Part shown: positions 37,025 to 50,400 of the stretch, piece by piece
Numbering within the stretch: position 1 is the first letter of the stretch
Layout of the letters: each line of letters begins with the position of its first letter
NCBI RefSeq assembly: GCF_001194135.2
Contig: NC_068981.1
Location: forward strand, 92,269,946-92,333,945
Direction: 5' to 3'
Length of the DNA stretch: 64,000 bases
Source of the DNA: Octopus bimaculoides
Taxonomy: Eukaryota
Notes under the pieces: generated by a model
What the model was told of the DNA's origin: nothing
Databases searched by the model: none
The model's input: the letters and a program-made list of their open reading frames with translations, nothing else
Program-made: the position numbers and the translations under genes

Positions 37025-38837
37025 CTTTTGATATCACGTTCATTAAAATCGACAGCTTTCCTGCCTACATACTTACCAAATTCAAAATTTATATACATCT
37101 TTATCTTTTATTCGGTGCATAAAACACTTAATTCTTTGATCATTTTCATTTACTTTAGTTTTCGGACACATCTCTACTAGCCAACTTCTGCATTTTATGT
37201 CTGTGTTCCATGAGAAACCGGGCACCGTTAAACAGTAAATTTTGTGGATTTTTTAAATCGTAATTGTAATCAATGTATAAAAAATAATTCTTTACCATAG
37301 AGGTCTTTTAAAAATAACTTATTGATTGCTTTCAGGCAATGTATCCCTAGAAAACTGTAAATTTTTAAAACAGAATAATGAAACAAACGCGCATGTCACT
37401 TAAATAAATTCAATTCCAAAATTTAGTGATTATACGCTACTGTCAAACTACATTGACTAGAAATTGTAAACTGTCTCATTACTTATTGAAATGACGTTCG
37501 TTATCATTGCAACTCTAAGCAATTTCTCTTGTGAGCTAAACGAGTGTATTACTTCTTTCATTTTGTGTATTGATCACACGATAGGGACAATTTCATTGAA
37601 CCATTTTATGCTTTTGTTGGATACATAGAACTTTTTAGTAATAAATTAAAATATGCCTTTATCTCCAAATATTTGGAAAGAATACAATTCGGTAACATAA
37701 TCAATTGCAGCAACCGCCTTTCCGATGTCTCGACAACTGCAAATTCGAAATTTGTTTTTCCCTTTTATTTTTGTACTTTCTAGCATAGGTTTCGATGAGA
37801 AAATTCAAATGTTGAAACTGCAAATCGGGTCTTGTTGCTAATTCAACGGAAGAAATCAGCAGAATATCTTGAGATACGGGTTGTTGCATTTTCAGATTAA
37901 TCACATCGCAGAAATAGCTTGAAATCCATTTCGAATTTGGCCTATCGAAGTATTGAAAAGAACGTCTAGCGTTACTGTGGCTGATATTTGTAACTATCTA
38001 TAAAATAAATTTGCTGTAATAGAATAGGCAGTTTCTAATAAATCACTTTAAATGTAGTTACGTCCACACAAGTAGCAATCGGGGTTTGCTGTCTTTATGT
38101 AAGAATAATATACGTATCAGTTTTCAATACTTTCAAGTTATACAATAATCTTAAAATTAATTTGACTTTGTTCAGCTGCATATAAAATGACATTAGCATC
38201 AGTTTTGAATACTTCTGTAAATTAATAGAATCAACTTTTATTTACTACTTTTTCAGAACTAAAATTCTAATTTTCATTAAACTTCTGCTTTAGCAGAAAA
38301 AAAAAAGTATATTTGATGTTGCCAGCTAATCTTAGTTAAGAAGAGTTCGCTTTTATAACTTTTAAATTTGGTGCGTATAGAATCAAAAACAATCCCACAC
38401 TGCATTTTTCCATTTAGCAACCTTAAAAATATATCCTATATCTTTAATCGATTGCCATATTTGAGTAAATCACAATTATTACGAAGACTCAGGTTTGTGA
38501 TAAATATATGTACCAATGGCTTGGCAACTATAAATCGTTCGATAATTGACACTTTTTCATTACAATGATAATTCCGTATACCTGGCGACATCGAGGTTCT
38601 CGGACGAATGTTTTTTTTAATCTGCGCTGCGAGTAAGACTTCTATGATATCAGCTGATTTTATTCTCGTAAGGAAACGAGATAGAGAAATGTTCAGCATT
38701 CTCAGTATTGGACGAGTACTTTATTTTAAAAAATGAAATAAAAATTTGACATTGTTGGAATTTGAACGAGGAGCAGGGTGAACTGAAACAGGTATAACGA
38801 AATATCCCAAGGAATAACTGTTCTTTTACCATCAAGT

Positions 38838-39225
38838 GTGGAGGCGCAATGGACCAGTGGTTAGGGCAGCGGACTCGCGGTCATAGGATCGCGGTTTCGA
38901 TTCCCAGATCGGGCGTTGTGAGCGTTTATTGAGCAAAAACACCTAAAGCTCCACGAGGCTCCGGTAGGGGATGATGGCGAACCCTGCTGTACTCTTTCAC
39001 CACAACTTTCTCTCACTCTTACTTCCTGTTTCTGTTGTACCTGTAATTCAAAGGGTCAGCCTCGTCACACCGTGTGACGCTGAATATCCCCGAGAACTAT
39101 GTTAAGGGTGCACGTGTCTGTGGAGTGCTCAGTCACTTGCACGTTAATTTCAAGAACAGGCTGTTCAGTTAATCGGATCAACTGGAAACCTCAACGTCGT
39201 AAGCGACGGAGTGCCAACAATAAAA
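38838..39225 (+). mobile_element. SINE family A, full length, 10-bp TSD
   Basis: TSD accatcaagt at 38828-38837 and 39226-39235; closely matches 4050-4433. Confidence 0.95.
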
Positions 39226-39815
39226 ACCATCAAGTACCAACTGAAAGGATAAATTTTGAGAAGTGTGAAGATTAGTGTGAAAGACGTTCGAAGCTGGGGA
39301 ATAGTTACGAAGGAAGTAACTACATACCGGGTGAACATTTCTGAATGCAATTTCTATAAAAATAAGGCACTTGCATGTTAAAGATACCTGGCTATTGGTA
39401 ATTTTAAATTTAATAGAAATATGTTCAAAGTTGTTCAGAACAAAACTGATCTTGGTTTTTTTACTGGGAAATAGCTATAACCTTGATACCGAAAATCGAT
39501 GGTTAATAGTGGCTAATTTATATTCAACTTCATTTGTTTAATTTGTAATTATCTTTCGAATGCCCATATACCTGCTATTATGTTCAGTGAAACTGAATTG
39601 CATTGTCATCCTTGACTGACAATTTCGTTTCTCAAATTGTCCAAAGTGACGATGATTACAATTGTGGTTAGTAGCTTGATCGGAGACCAGAAAAATTGTT
39701 CATAGAGGAAAGCTTAATGTGTGTGTATAGTAAATAAATGTTTATCTTATATTTATACCCTAGTAAGTGATTAGTATCTATACTTCATTTGGCATATTAA
39801 AAACATAATCACCTG

Positions 39816-41854
39816 TCTATATATATATACTACTAAAACTCACTCATTGCTTCCTTGCTTGTCTGTTATTTAATACAGCGAAACTGGCGAATAATGGGAA
39901 AATATGAATTAACGTACCTCTCACAATGTCGATACAAATAGAATAAAACAAGTTTCGCGTAAATTGGACCACGGAGTAGTGAGATATAGAGTGGGGTTCA
40001 TAATGAGAAAATACTCCGAAAATAACATCACCCTAAAAGGGACGAAACTAAGACTTTTCCATTACAGACATTATGACCAATGTTTTATATAGTTTAAGCA
40101 AAATACTTTGTGACTTTAAATTGCCAAAGAAAAAATAAGAGTTGTTTTTACAGCAATTGTTTTTATTTTCGTTTATGTATTTGTTTTGCAAGATTCTAGA
40201 TGTGAACTGTGTGTTGAAACAGATATTGCTGTATTTGGAGATGGTTATGTTGCCAATTTAGGCAATGAGAACATACGTACTATTTATTCGGTGCACTCTT
40301 GCTTCAGCTCTATTTCATACTTATATTTCAGCCAGAGGTCTTTCGTCATACGTTTGTGACCTTGTCGTCTATTGCTTTCTTCTTTCTTTTTTGTGTCTCT
40401 CTTTCCTAACGATCTGCCATTTTGTGTTCCTGTGGTATATGTCTTTATTTGTGCATGCGTATATCCTTCTGTGTGTCTATGGTTGGAAAGTTTGTGAGTG
40501 GAAATTTGTATGGTACCTGCATTATCAGTATCCCCTGTTTATTCACGTTCATTTTATTTTCTTTATTTGTTTATTACCTACTTAATTTTTTGTTTTAATT
40601 TATTATATTTTTTATGTATTTAATTACTTAATTCCATTTAATTATCTATCTATTATATTAGTTTATTTTCGCTTTCGTTAAGCACAATATCTTAAGCATT
40701 CAGAAATATTTTTTTAAGTGAGTGTGATTTCAAAAATACAAGTTGTTTTAGCTTTCTTTAACCAGACACTATTTTAAATGTTAAAAAATTATTTTGAAGT
40801 GAATACCATTACAAAAATATGTTTAGGCATATTTTTTAAAATATGTTAAAGTGAAAATGACTAAAAAAATACAAATTGTTTGTAGCGTGAATGTTTATAT
40901 TTCAGCTTTCTTTAAATAGAATATTTTATTTTGGTAAATATTTCGTAAAGGATTCTTTCGTACCCCGGTGTGAAATAATTTTCCACAGTTTTATCGAAGT
41001 TTATTCAACGTAACTCACCTCTAAACTCGCTGCAAGCCAATTTTTGTTTCCGGAAAAGAAAGAGGTGGAGGGTTGGGTTTCTCGGTAAACTCAGTTTCCA
41101 CCAATGGAGTTTTGTTTTGTGCGTTTTTTTTTCTTTTCCATGTTATTCGCATGCTATCAACGAATGAGACATCGACATCACGCGTAAAGGCCCCTTTATC
41201 CAGAAAAGGAAAGATTTGGCTGCTATTTATAGCACACCCTGATACTACGTAACAGCAATTTGCGATAAAGGACTCGAAATATTTATTACGGGGAAGCAGG
41301 GCGTGCTGTAAGTAGAATGTGGCTTACGTCCGTTTTCAAGGTGAGACAAATTGAATGCACTAGAAAACGCCTGTGCAAAAAGTACGAATAGGTCTTTTAC
41401 GAAATATTTACCTAAGATCGGGGCAGTCATGCGAATAAAACGATCGATGAGACTGATAAAGCAAGGGCTAAGCGTCTGGTGGAACAGAGAGAGAGAGAGA
41501 GAAACAGGAGAAATCAGAAATCGGATGCTTGGAGAGCTGAGCGTCGGGCGAAACAGAAGGAAAGAGACAAAAGCAAGTGATATCATAAATCGGATGCTCA
41601 TGTGAATACAAGCGAATAAAACAAGTTTCGCTTGAATTAGACAACGGGTTACCGAGATACTCGTTTTTTTCGTGTACCTTTATAAATAACCAAACCGGCA
41701 TATAATGGGAAAGATCCTCTGAAAATAATGGAACATCGAAATATGAATACAAACGTAACAACCTGTTTCGTGTAAACCGGACCACGGATTCCCGAGATAC
41801 GCGGGTTTTTTTAGAGTATCTATAACAATTGGTGACCAAACGGGCAACAGTTAG
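39816..41854 (+). mobile_element. non-autonomous Helitron-like unit 1 (with an insert of about 500 bp at 40165-40670)
   Basis: 5' TCtatatatatatactactaaaact; 3' acgggcaacagTTAG(t), resembling the ..gggcaacagCTAG end; long similarity to unit 2. Confidence 0.6.
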
Positions 41855-43560
41855 TTTAGTATAGTACCAAAACTCTCTGAGTGCATGCTTGCTTCTTTGT
41901 CATTTAATATAGCCAAACTGGTGAATAATGGGAAAATACTATAAATTAAGGTGTCCCTGAAATGTGAATACAAACGGAATAAAACATGTTTTGCGTAAAT
42001 CGGACCATAGATCCCTGAGATATGATGGTGGTTTTGGGGTATTCCTAAATACCCAAAACGGTGGATAATAGGAAAATACGCCGAAAATAACGTAACGCTG
42101 AATGGGCAGAAACTCTAACCTTTTTAGACATTATGATCAATGTCTTCTGTGTTTTGAAGACAAACTTTATGACCTGAGCAAAAATTCTTAATGATTTTAA
42201 CTTGCCAATGAAAAGATACGAGTATTTTTTACAGTAGATGTTTCTAATTTGGCTTTTGTTAAACACAATATTTTAATCATTTAGAGATATTTCTAAGTGA
42301 ACGTGATTTCAAAAATACAAGTTGTTTGTACAGTAAGTATGTATATTTTAGCTTTCTTTAAGCAGAGAAAATTAAATTTTTTAAAATCATTTTCAAGTGA
42401 ATATCATTACAATTTCTTTTTTTTTTTTTTTGCATATTTAAAAAATATTTTAAAGTGAAAATGATTTAAAACAGATAAATATTTCGTAAAGGACCCTTTC
42501 GTACCACGGTGTGAAATAATTTTTTTCGACGAGTTTCTTCGGGTGATTCGACATATCTTACCTTCAAACCCCCAGTAAGCCACTTTTTGCCGGAAGAGGG
42601 TGGAGGGTTGGTGGAGATCTCGGAGTTTCTCACCAACGAAGTTTTGACTCGTGGATATTTATTTTATTTTCCAGGTTTTTTCGATTACTTTCAAGGAATG
42701 TGACATCGANNNNNNNNNNNNNNNNNNNNNNNNNNNNNNNNNNNNNNNNNNNNNNNNNNNNNNNNNNNNNNNNNNNNNNNNNNNNNNNNNNNNNNNNNNN
42801 NNNNNNNNNNNNNNNNNNNNNNNNNNNNNNNNNNNNNNNNNNNNNNNNNNNNNNNNNNNNNNNNNNNNNNNNNNNNNNNNNNNNNNNNNNNNNNNNNNNN
42901 NNNNNNNNNNNNNNNNNNNNNNNNNNNNNNNNNNNNNNNNNNNNNNNNNNNNNNNNNNNNNNNNNNNNNNNNNNNNNNNNNNNNNNNNNNNNNNNNNNNN
43001 NNNNNNNNNNNNNNNNNNNNNNNNNNNNNNNNNNNNNNNNNNNNNNNNNNNNNNNNNNNNNNNNNNNNNNNNNNNNNNNNNNNNNNNNNNNNNNNNNNNN
43101 NNNNNNNNNNNNNNNNNNNNNNNNNNNNNNNNNNNNNNNNNNNNNNNNNNNNNNNNNNNNNNNNNNNNNNNNNNNNNNNNNNNNNNNNNNNNNNNNNNNN
43201 NNNNNNNNNNNNNNNNNNNNNNNNNNNNNNNNNNNNNNNNNNNNNNNNNNNNNNNNNNNNNNNNNNNNNNNNNNNNNNNNNNNNNNNNNNNNNNNNNNNN
43301 NNNNNNNNNNNNNNNNNNNNNNNNNNNNNNNNNNNNNNNNNNNNNNNNNNNNNNNNNNNNNTTTATTCACCATTTCATAGACTTAATAAACAGCACTCAT
43401 AAAATATTGATTCTAAATTTTCAATTTCCCCTATAAACAGAAAAAAAAATACATTTCAAAATTTAGGGGGTCACAGTTTCACGGGGGTGAAAATTTAATG
43501 CAGCGTGACATACTCTGAAAACCACATCGTTGATAACTAATATGACAAGGCGAGCCATTA
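41855..43560 (+). mobile_element. non-autonomous Helitron-like unit 2, head-to-tail with unit 1, interrupted by a gap
   Basis: tagtaccaaaactc..atttaatatagccaaactggtgaataatgggaaaat parallels 39830 onward; shared tttcgtaaagga..tttcgtacc.cggtgtgaaataattt. Confidence 0.6.
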
Positions 43561-43599
43561 TACATTTCAATTTGCGTACACATTAACTTGCGCACACAT

Positions 43600-43875
43600 T
43601 TCAAACCAGTACAGGCAATGTTCTTCGTGTAATTTCTCTCTCTTCTTTTCTCTTGTTTGTGATTGTTGATAAAATCTCACTCCCACATCAGATAATTTGC
43701 GAGCCCTTGAGCATGCAACATATAGCTGACCATCGCCGAACAGAGGTTTAGGCAAGAATAGCCCCACTTTATCAAATGTCTGTCCTTGTGGTTTATTGAT
43801 AGTCATTACATATGACAGGCGAAGGGGAAACTGGTTTCTTTATAAAATGTATGGTAAGTTTTGGCTGCGCATTCG
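43600..43875 (-). mobile_element. Helitron PIF1-like helicase C-terminal remnant
   Basis: [50 protein letters not shown] matches the QFPVRLAFAMTINKSQGQT..GQLYVA.SR motif. Confidence 0.9.
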
Positions 43876-43994
43876 TTAAGTGATAGGTGATATAAAAACC
43901 TTTTTAAAAAAATTACTTTCCACTATGCACTCAATATGGCCATCTCCACCACCACCACCACTAACAACAACAACAACACCCTATCATTTCTCTC

Positions 43995-43995
43995 T

Positions 43996-44040
<45 letters not shown>
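43995..44040. repeat. (CT)n microsatellite
   Basis: direct reading. Confidence 0.95.
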
Positions 44041-44044
<4 letters not shown>

Positions 44045-44955
44045 TTTCTCTGTCTTTCCTGAATCTCCTCATCAGAATCACTCCTCCGCTAAAATTATAT
44101 TCATAACTCTCTTCTATATCACTACCTCTTATGGACGCTTCTCTCTGCCTCTTCTTTTCTCTCCCTATTTTCTCTCTCCCTCTTTTTCTTTTATCGCGTG
44201 AAAGCGTTACCGACGGGTTAAGTAACGTAATGACAAGCAGGATTATTATAAGATTGAGTGACTGAAACTGTTTGAGGATCGGACAAGATACCATATGGTG
44301 CTTATTTTTTTAATCTTTAATTTTTGACAGCGACACATCTAATGGCTTTTATTGAAAACTTTATTTTCCCATGCTGGTGGATTTTGAATGAACAAGTAAC
44401 GATAACTTGGAGAGAAATGACTTGCGTAGTTCTGCGAAGCTTGTTCTGAAAATCCTGCTTAAGTTATCACATTGATGTGCAGTTATATGGTTCAAGTTGA
44501 CAAACAGAAGTCTGAATGTGCTAAATTATGAATTAACGTAACGTAAATATTTTCGCATTTTTCCACAATTTGAAACCAATATGAAGTATTTAAGAAAGGA
44601 TAAGACACTGATTAGTTTACTATTTCAATACTCTGCAATAACATTTTACAATAAGCAAATATTTATGAATGCTCAATTGTTTTGAGTCTAGCAACACTAC
44701 CAGGAAGTTTGAGGAAAGTGGATGCGTTTAATAATAAGTGTATAGAGTTATCAATCCTATATACTTAAACTTACTGGGTGCCCATTTGACCGCACATTAC
44801 ATAGAGTTCTTTAGTTAAGAATTTTAATCGTATTTCCTCTCTCCGAATCAATTTCCCCCTATAATACAAAGCATAATGACAAACTTTTGTACTTTACAGT
44901 AATTCTTACAATTGTATTGACGATTTAAGGTTACTCACAATTCCAGTAAAATTTA

Positions 44956-45121
44956 ATTATAAGCGTTATTAGAATAACTGCCCGAGTGATACTAAGCAGG
45001 AAATATATTTAAATAACATTATAAATAACATTATAATTACAACTCCAGCAAAATCTCATTATAAGCGTTATTAGAATAACTCCACGAGTTACTCTAAGCG
45101 TAAAATATATTTAAATAACAT
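44956..45121. repeat. two-copy tandem duplication, period 102 bp
   Basis: attataagcgttattagaataact..aaatatatttaaataacat starts at 44956 and at 45058. Confidence 0.85.
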
Positions 45122-45504
45122 CATCTTTGCTACTTTTCTGGGTAATGCCACGTAAGGAAATTTTCTTTTCCTGAAGTGCTTTAATATATTGAAAAGTAGA
45201 TATGTGTCTGTTTACGAGAAGTCGTATTTTAAAATTTTGCCGTGTGCTCAAATATTTACTTGTAAAAAAAGGAACGTTACCTGTTTAATGTGTGGTCGGT
45301 TGTGCATAGTGTTATCTACGGTAAGTAAGTTTTATAAAAATTAAAATAATACTCCTCAGAGAAGACGCATGAACTTCTTTCACTCACTAATGTGTTTTAT
45401 GAATAGCACAATCTGGAAGGTAATCTAAGTTTGAATCAATCTGTTTGTAACTTGTTTAGGTGATTTAATATTTAATGCTTACTAGTCCGATATTTGTTTT
45501 CTCA

Positions 45505-45760
45505 AAAAGCATGCGCCGGACATTTTCTGTCTGCAAGGAAGGTGTACATACCATTGTTTATATGTGTTCTCTGCATTTACAATTTGTGAAAGGCTTGGCT
45601 GGGCGCATCGATGTTTAGCTGAAATCTAAAATGGCGCAGAGACGAAGTTTTTTTTTTCATTGTTCCAAATGAGATCAACAACTTTCGTAACCGAAAAGAG
45701 ATTCTAAGGAGAATTGTTTACGTATCTCACGTGCAACCCCACAACCCCACGCATGCGTGC
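45505..45760. promoter_or_regulatory. candidate promoter/enhancer motif cluster
   Basis: gcatgcgc 45509; YY1-like aaaatggcg 45628; E-box cacgtg 45728; 12-bp palindrome cacgcatgcgtg 45748; CpG-richer than flanks. Confidence 0.3.
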
Positions 45761-47469
45761 TTCATTACAGACGATGCATCGGCTACACTTGTATTATTTT
45801 AATAGTATGTTATATTTACATTAGGAAAAACCTGCAGAGCATGAAAGCAAATTGAAAACGCTTTTTAATCAATTCCTAAAGCATTTACTCATTTCTATGA
45901 ATTCCACGATTCGTTAATGAATAAATCGATAATGAGAGATTATAAATAAGTGTCATTTACACAAAATGTCATTTGATAACATTGATTAAACGCTGTCTGT
46001 ATTAAACGTATATTACATATCTTTACGTTTCATATTGTCATGCTAGTGACAATATCCCTGTGGGATGAATATAATGTTGCATTTTACAGAACGTATATCT
46101 CGAGAGCATGCGCAATAATAGGTCTAAAATATATTAGCCGTATGTAGGATGGTTGTGGTTATGTAGAGAATACATCAATGCAGCAGGTAAATGTATATTC
46201 TGAATATCCGAATTGCTAAAGTTTCGGCTTATATATATGTTCAGGCACTTATAATCAGCAAACATTTGAAGTAATTATGCTGTTTTGATGAATAAGAAAT
46301 ATTCTTTTAATATATTTGGTTGCTAAGAGATACAATTCAGCACTGTATGCATTGGGAAGATAGCTTTTAAAAATACAGCTATATCTATTTTTACTGTTGT
46401 GATTGACGCAATTCATTCCATACGGCAAAAATACAAATTGGCTTCTAACGAAGCCATGAGAAAATAACTGCTTAGAATATTAGTGTTTCAAAACTGGAGT
46501 AAATTTGTTGGCTAGAATTTACATTAATTTGGGTAAAATGTAGTTGAAAACGTGATAAACGTTCAAAGTACATTTCTAGGCAGAAATTTTATTATCCAAA
46601 TGTCGGCAGCAAACTGCTTGATTTTTTACATATTTCTCAACTTTAAAGGAAACAAATTTATTTTACTAATAATGCCTTTAAATATTTTGTATGGTCATTA
46701 ATGTGTATTACATTTTTTAAAAAAATATTTCCAGCATTTACAATAAAGAGTTATTGAACATCGACCTGTTGTATTCTGGAACATCAAAATACTTCAAATT
46801 ATTAACGATGCATGGATGAGTATTTTTTTTGGATAACCATCTTTTTCTCGTAAGAGTCATTAGTGCCTCCCTGTATTTTATTTTCCTTCTAAGTTGCTTA
46901 TTTATACTAAAACGCTAGAGCAATATTGTCTTTAGTAAAGAGATAGAATGTATACATTATAATGTTTCATTTGATGATGATCTACATTATGATTTCAATA
47001 TAAATCCATATATATTCAAATAAGAATTCAAGATGTAAAACGTATCATAATAAAGTGCTATAATAGCTATCAAGCAAACATGTGTCCCACACCAACCACT
47101 TTTCACATATTCGATTGCTTTGTATGAAAATAACTCCAACAGAAATCATGGCACTTGTAAATAGTACAATTTAATGGGGTCATATCCCATACTCTTTCAA
47201 TAAAATCGTTTATCTTTCTTCCTTACGTTAGTGTATAAACTATGTTCCTATTGTCATGTTAGTTAAAATAACAAATATAATACCTGCAAGTTTTTATTTC
47301 TTACTCGATATATACACGCAACGGCTGTATAAGGCGGATTTCGGACAATAGATAATAGTAAGTTTTTATAGCATATCCTCAAACAATAAGTAACGAAATA
47401 TACACTAAATAGAAATTGCTAAAAGCTCATTCAAATACATTTTTTAGCACAGCTTATTTTGAAACAAAT

Positions 47470-50400
47470 AATATTTGCCATGCATCTTTTTATTATCGTT
47501 TTATTATGGTATTTTATCTTGCCTTCGTTTTATGATGGTATTTTGTAGTTTCAGTTTTAGCTTGGATTTTAGTTTCTTTACAGAGCTTCAGCTTTCTTCT
47601 TTTTCTTCATAGATGTCAGATATTATGACCTCTTCTATTTTTATGCTTCCTTTCAGTTTCACTGTTTTACTCATACTTTATACGTATTTGTCTTACCTTT
47701 ACTTAGTTACGAGTTAGATACTACTATGGATTTATGGTGGTATTTTATAGTAATTTTCCCTTTGTACTAGGTCGCTATATGCCAGATTTTGGGTGTGGTG
47801 CATTTTAAATCCCTTCATTATTTTTGTTGTTATCAGGTTTGGCTAGTACATTTAGAATCCAATTAGGAATATTGTTACTATAACATATAACAGGGACCGC
47901 TGGAATAATGATACCGATTTTTCGTATTGAAGTATGTTTTAAATACTAATCTTACTCGTCGATATTATTCCTTACATATTTTTTTTTACATTTCTGTGTC
48001 TTGCACCGTACTTAGTTCATTGATTCCTAAGTATTTGTATATCTGGCTTTCGTCTAGTTGCCTTCTTTTTTATCTAGTCTGATACTATTATACTTTCTTA
48101 CCTTTCCTCTTTCTCTTTCCAAGTTAGATTTGGCACAATTTTTGAAGCTAAATTTCGTATTTGACTTTGACAAAATCATGCACTGACTGTTCTCACGTTT
48201 CCAGCTAGTTATCATTTGCAGCATACAGCTTGATATTATCCATAGACAAGTGACTGTTGATTGTTTTGCCATAGCAGTTATATCAACAGCCTGTTCTGTT
48301 GACCATGTCAGTGTCAGAAAAAAAAGGTGGGTAGAGATAAAGTCTCTTTAGATTATTCCTCCTCTAATGTAGATGGCTTTTGTTGTTATAATCCCCTTTT
48401 TTGTCTGTAGCTGTAGAACTGTTTGCCATTTATTCAAGACATGTATTATATATTTTATTATTGTTGGTGCTACCTTGTTCACGGTTATTGTTTCCATGAT
48501 CTATGTATGCGGAATACTGTCAAAAGCTTTACGGTAATGTATCCACGACCAAATTAGACACTTCTTTTTCTTTCGCCAGTCTTCAGTTAGGAATTATTGA
48601 TCAACAGCTGGTATTTATAACCATATGAGCTTTTGCAGCAGATGTCTAGTTATTCGCTGAATAACTTTGCAGTTAAGGTTTTGTAGGTTGCAGGTAGATA
48701 AGTTATAAGTTAGTAGTTTTGTGGGTTTGTACTTTCAGGAGATTTAGGAATTAGGATGATTTTCCCTTCCGTGTGTCATTTAGTTGTTGCCTCTGGCTCC
48801 GTTAGCATCTCATGAAACTACTTTGCCATCACATTATGTATCCCAGTCAAATATTTCAGCATGAAATTAGGCGTCTAGTCGTGCTCTGGTTGTTTTCTAT
48901 TTGTTTAATATTTTGAAGTAACTGGGTTATCTTGCCGGTTGTTATGTGTTGTGTCTAGACTTGTTCAGGTGCTGTGTTTATTGTTTTCATTGATCTTTTC
49001 TGTAATAGCTCCTTCGCTACCCATAGTTCTTCCCCAAAGTTTTTCCATTTTTCTGCTTCTAGTGCTCCAGTGATATCTGTTTTACTTTTACCACGTTTTT
49101 GGTAAAACCGATCTGAATTGGAGTTAAACTGATTGTTCAAAGAATTGTTGGAGGTTTTACATTACGACAGATTGTTTGTGCTTTAGAAAGGATACAAATA
49201 ATTGGGGCTTGTACTCGCGGCAGCCACTTTTTGTCCCCATTTTCAAAGGTGGGATCGGTACAATGTACAGGCGGTGGTCAAAGTAAATAATCACCTCTTG
49301 CAATCGTTTAGCATCACACGTACGGTCCGTGAAGGGCACCTGCTCTCGCTCTTTCTGTATGTGCTGACATTCGAGTCATTGCTACGAAAGCTGAATGTTT
49401 CGATGGATTTCCCAGATGAACTAGAATTTGTGAGATCTGTGTCTACATAAGCGATGACATCACGCTAATTGTGTCGGACATTTCAAAACTCGAGGTGATT
49501 GGCATTACCTTAAGTGAGTACGAAGCGGTGAGGAGCAAAGATTAACCATGGGAAATCGGCCACCTGCAGTCTCAGCAGCTGGAGTGTCATGTCTCTTCCA
49601 TCCTAGAGCTTCTTCGTCGAGCGATGGATGGAGGGGCCGATTTATTTGCTAGGGTTCGGTGCGGTCCGGGCCTCGAGGTGGACATGGAGTGAAGTGGTGA
49701 TCAGGGTGGCCAGTCTCACAAAGAAGTGAGCATAGAGGAAATGGTACTGGAAGGATCGTGTGCAGGTGGCGAATGTCCACATCACTTTCTTCATCTAGTA
49801 CCACCTAAAAATCGCCCCTTTCCCTGCTTCGGTGTTTCTCAGGCTGGGGCGCTTGCTATTCTGTTTTCTGTGGAAGGGACGGATTCCGCCTGTCAGAGGG
49901 TCCAGTTTTTGTCAGCAGGCACTGAGTGGAGAACTTAGCATGACGTGACTAATGACTGAGAAAAAGATGCTTGGTACCTGAAGTGCCAGCAGGTGTTTAC
50001 TGCCCTGTGCTAGTCAGGCAATGCAGTCGGTGGTAGTTCCACATTGCAGTTCTCTAAGGAATTAGTGGTGGACAAGAGAAATTCTGAGAAACTCTGAATA
50101 TAGGTGAAGCTTAATTACTGATCTTTTCCTGAGGACTTTCAGCTGTAGTATTATATTGTTCTTGCTTACTCCATATCTTACCTCACCAAAAAGTGGACTT
50201 TCACAGGGACTAATCTTTCATGTTTTTATCGTCATTAATCTTTTTTGGTCGGTTCTAAGCAACTAGTTTTGCTCGTATAGCTTTGGTTCTTTTGCATGTA
50301 TGCACTGCTTCAGTTCTTCAATTACAACTTTCACGCCTTTTATATCTACACCATATTTCTTTCTAACTTTTTCGAATTTGCATTGATTCTGAAGTTCTCC

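Noticed and set aside
37701-38835. Several short ORFs as a possible transposase or exon
   Set aside because: No motif I can name; not supportable without a search
17618-43436. Long ORFs in the track containing X, HTHT, YIYI, CVCV or poly-I/N runs
   Set aside because: Artefacts of N gaps and microsatellites
44205-44225. piggyBac-like TTAA|CCC terminus
   Set aside because: No partner terminus found
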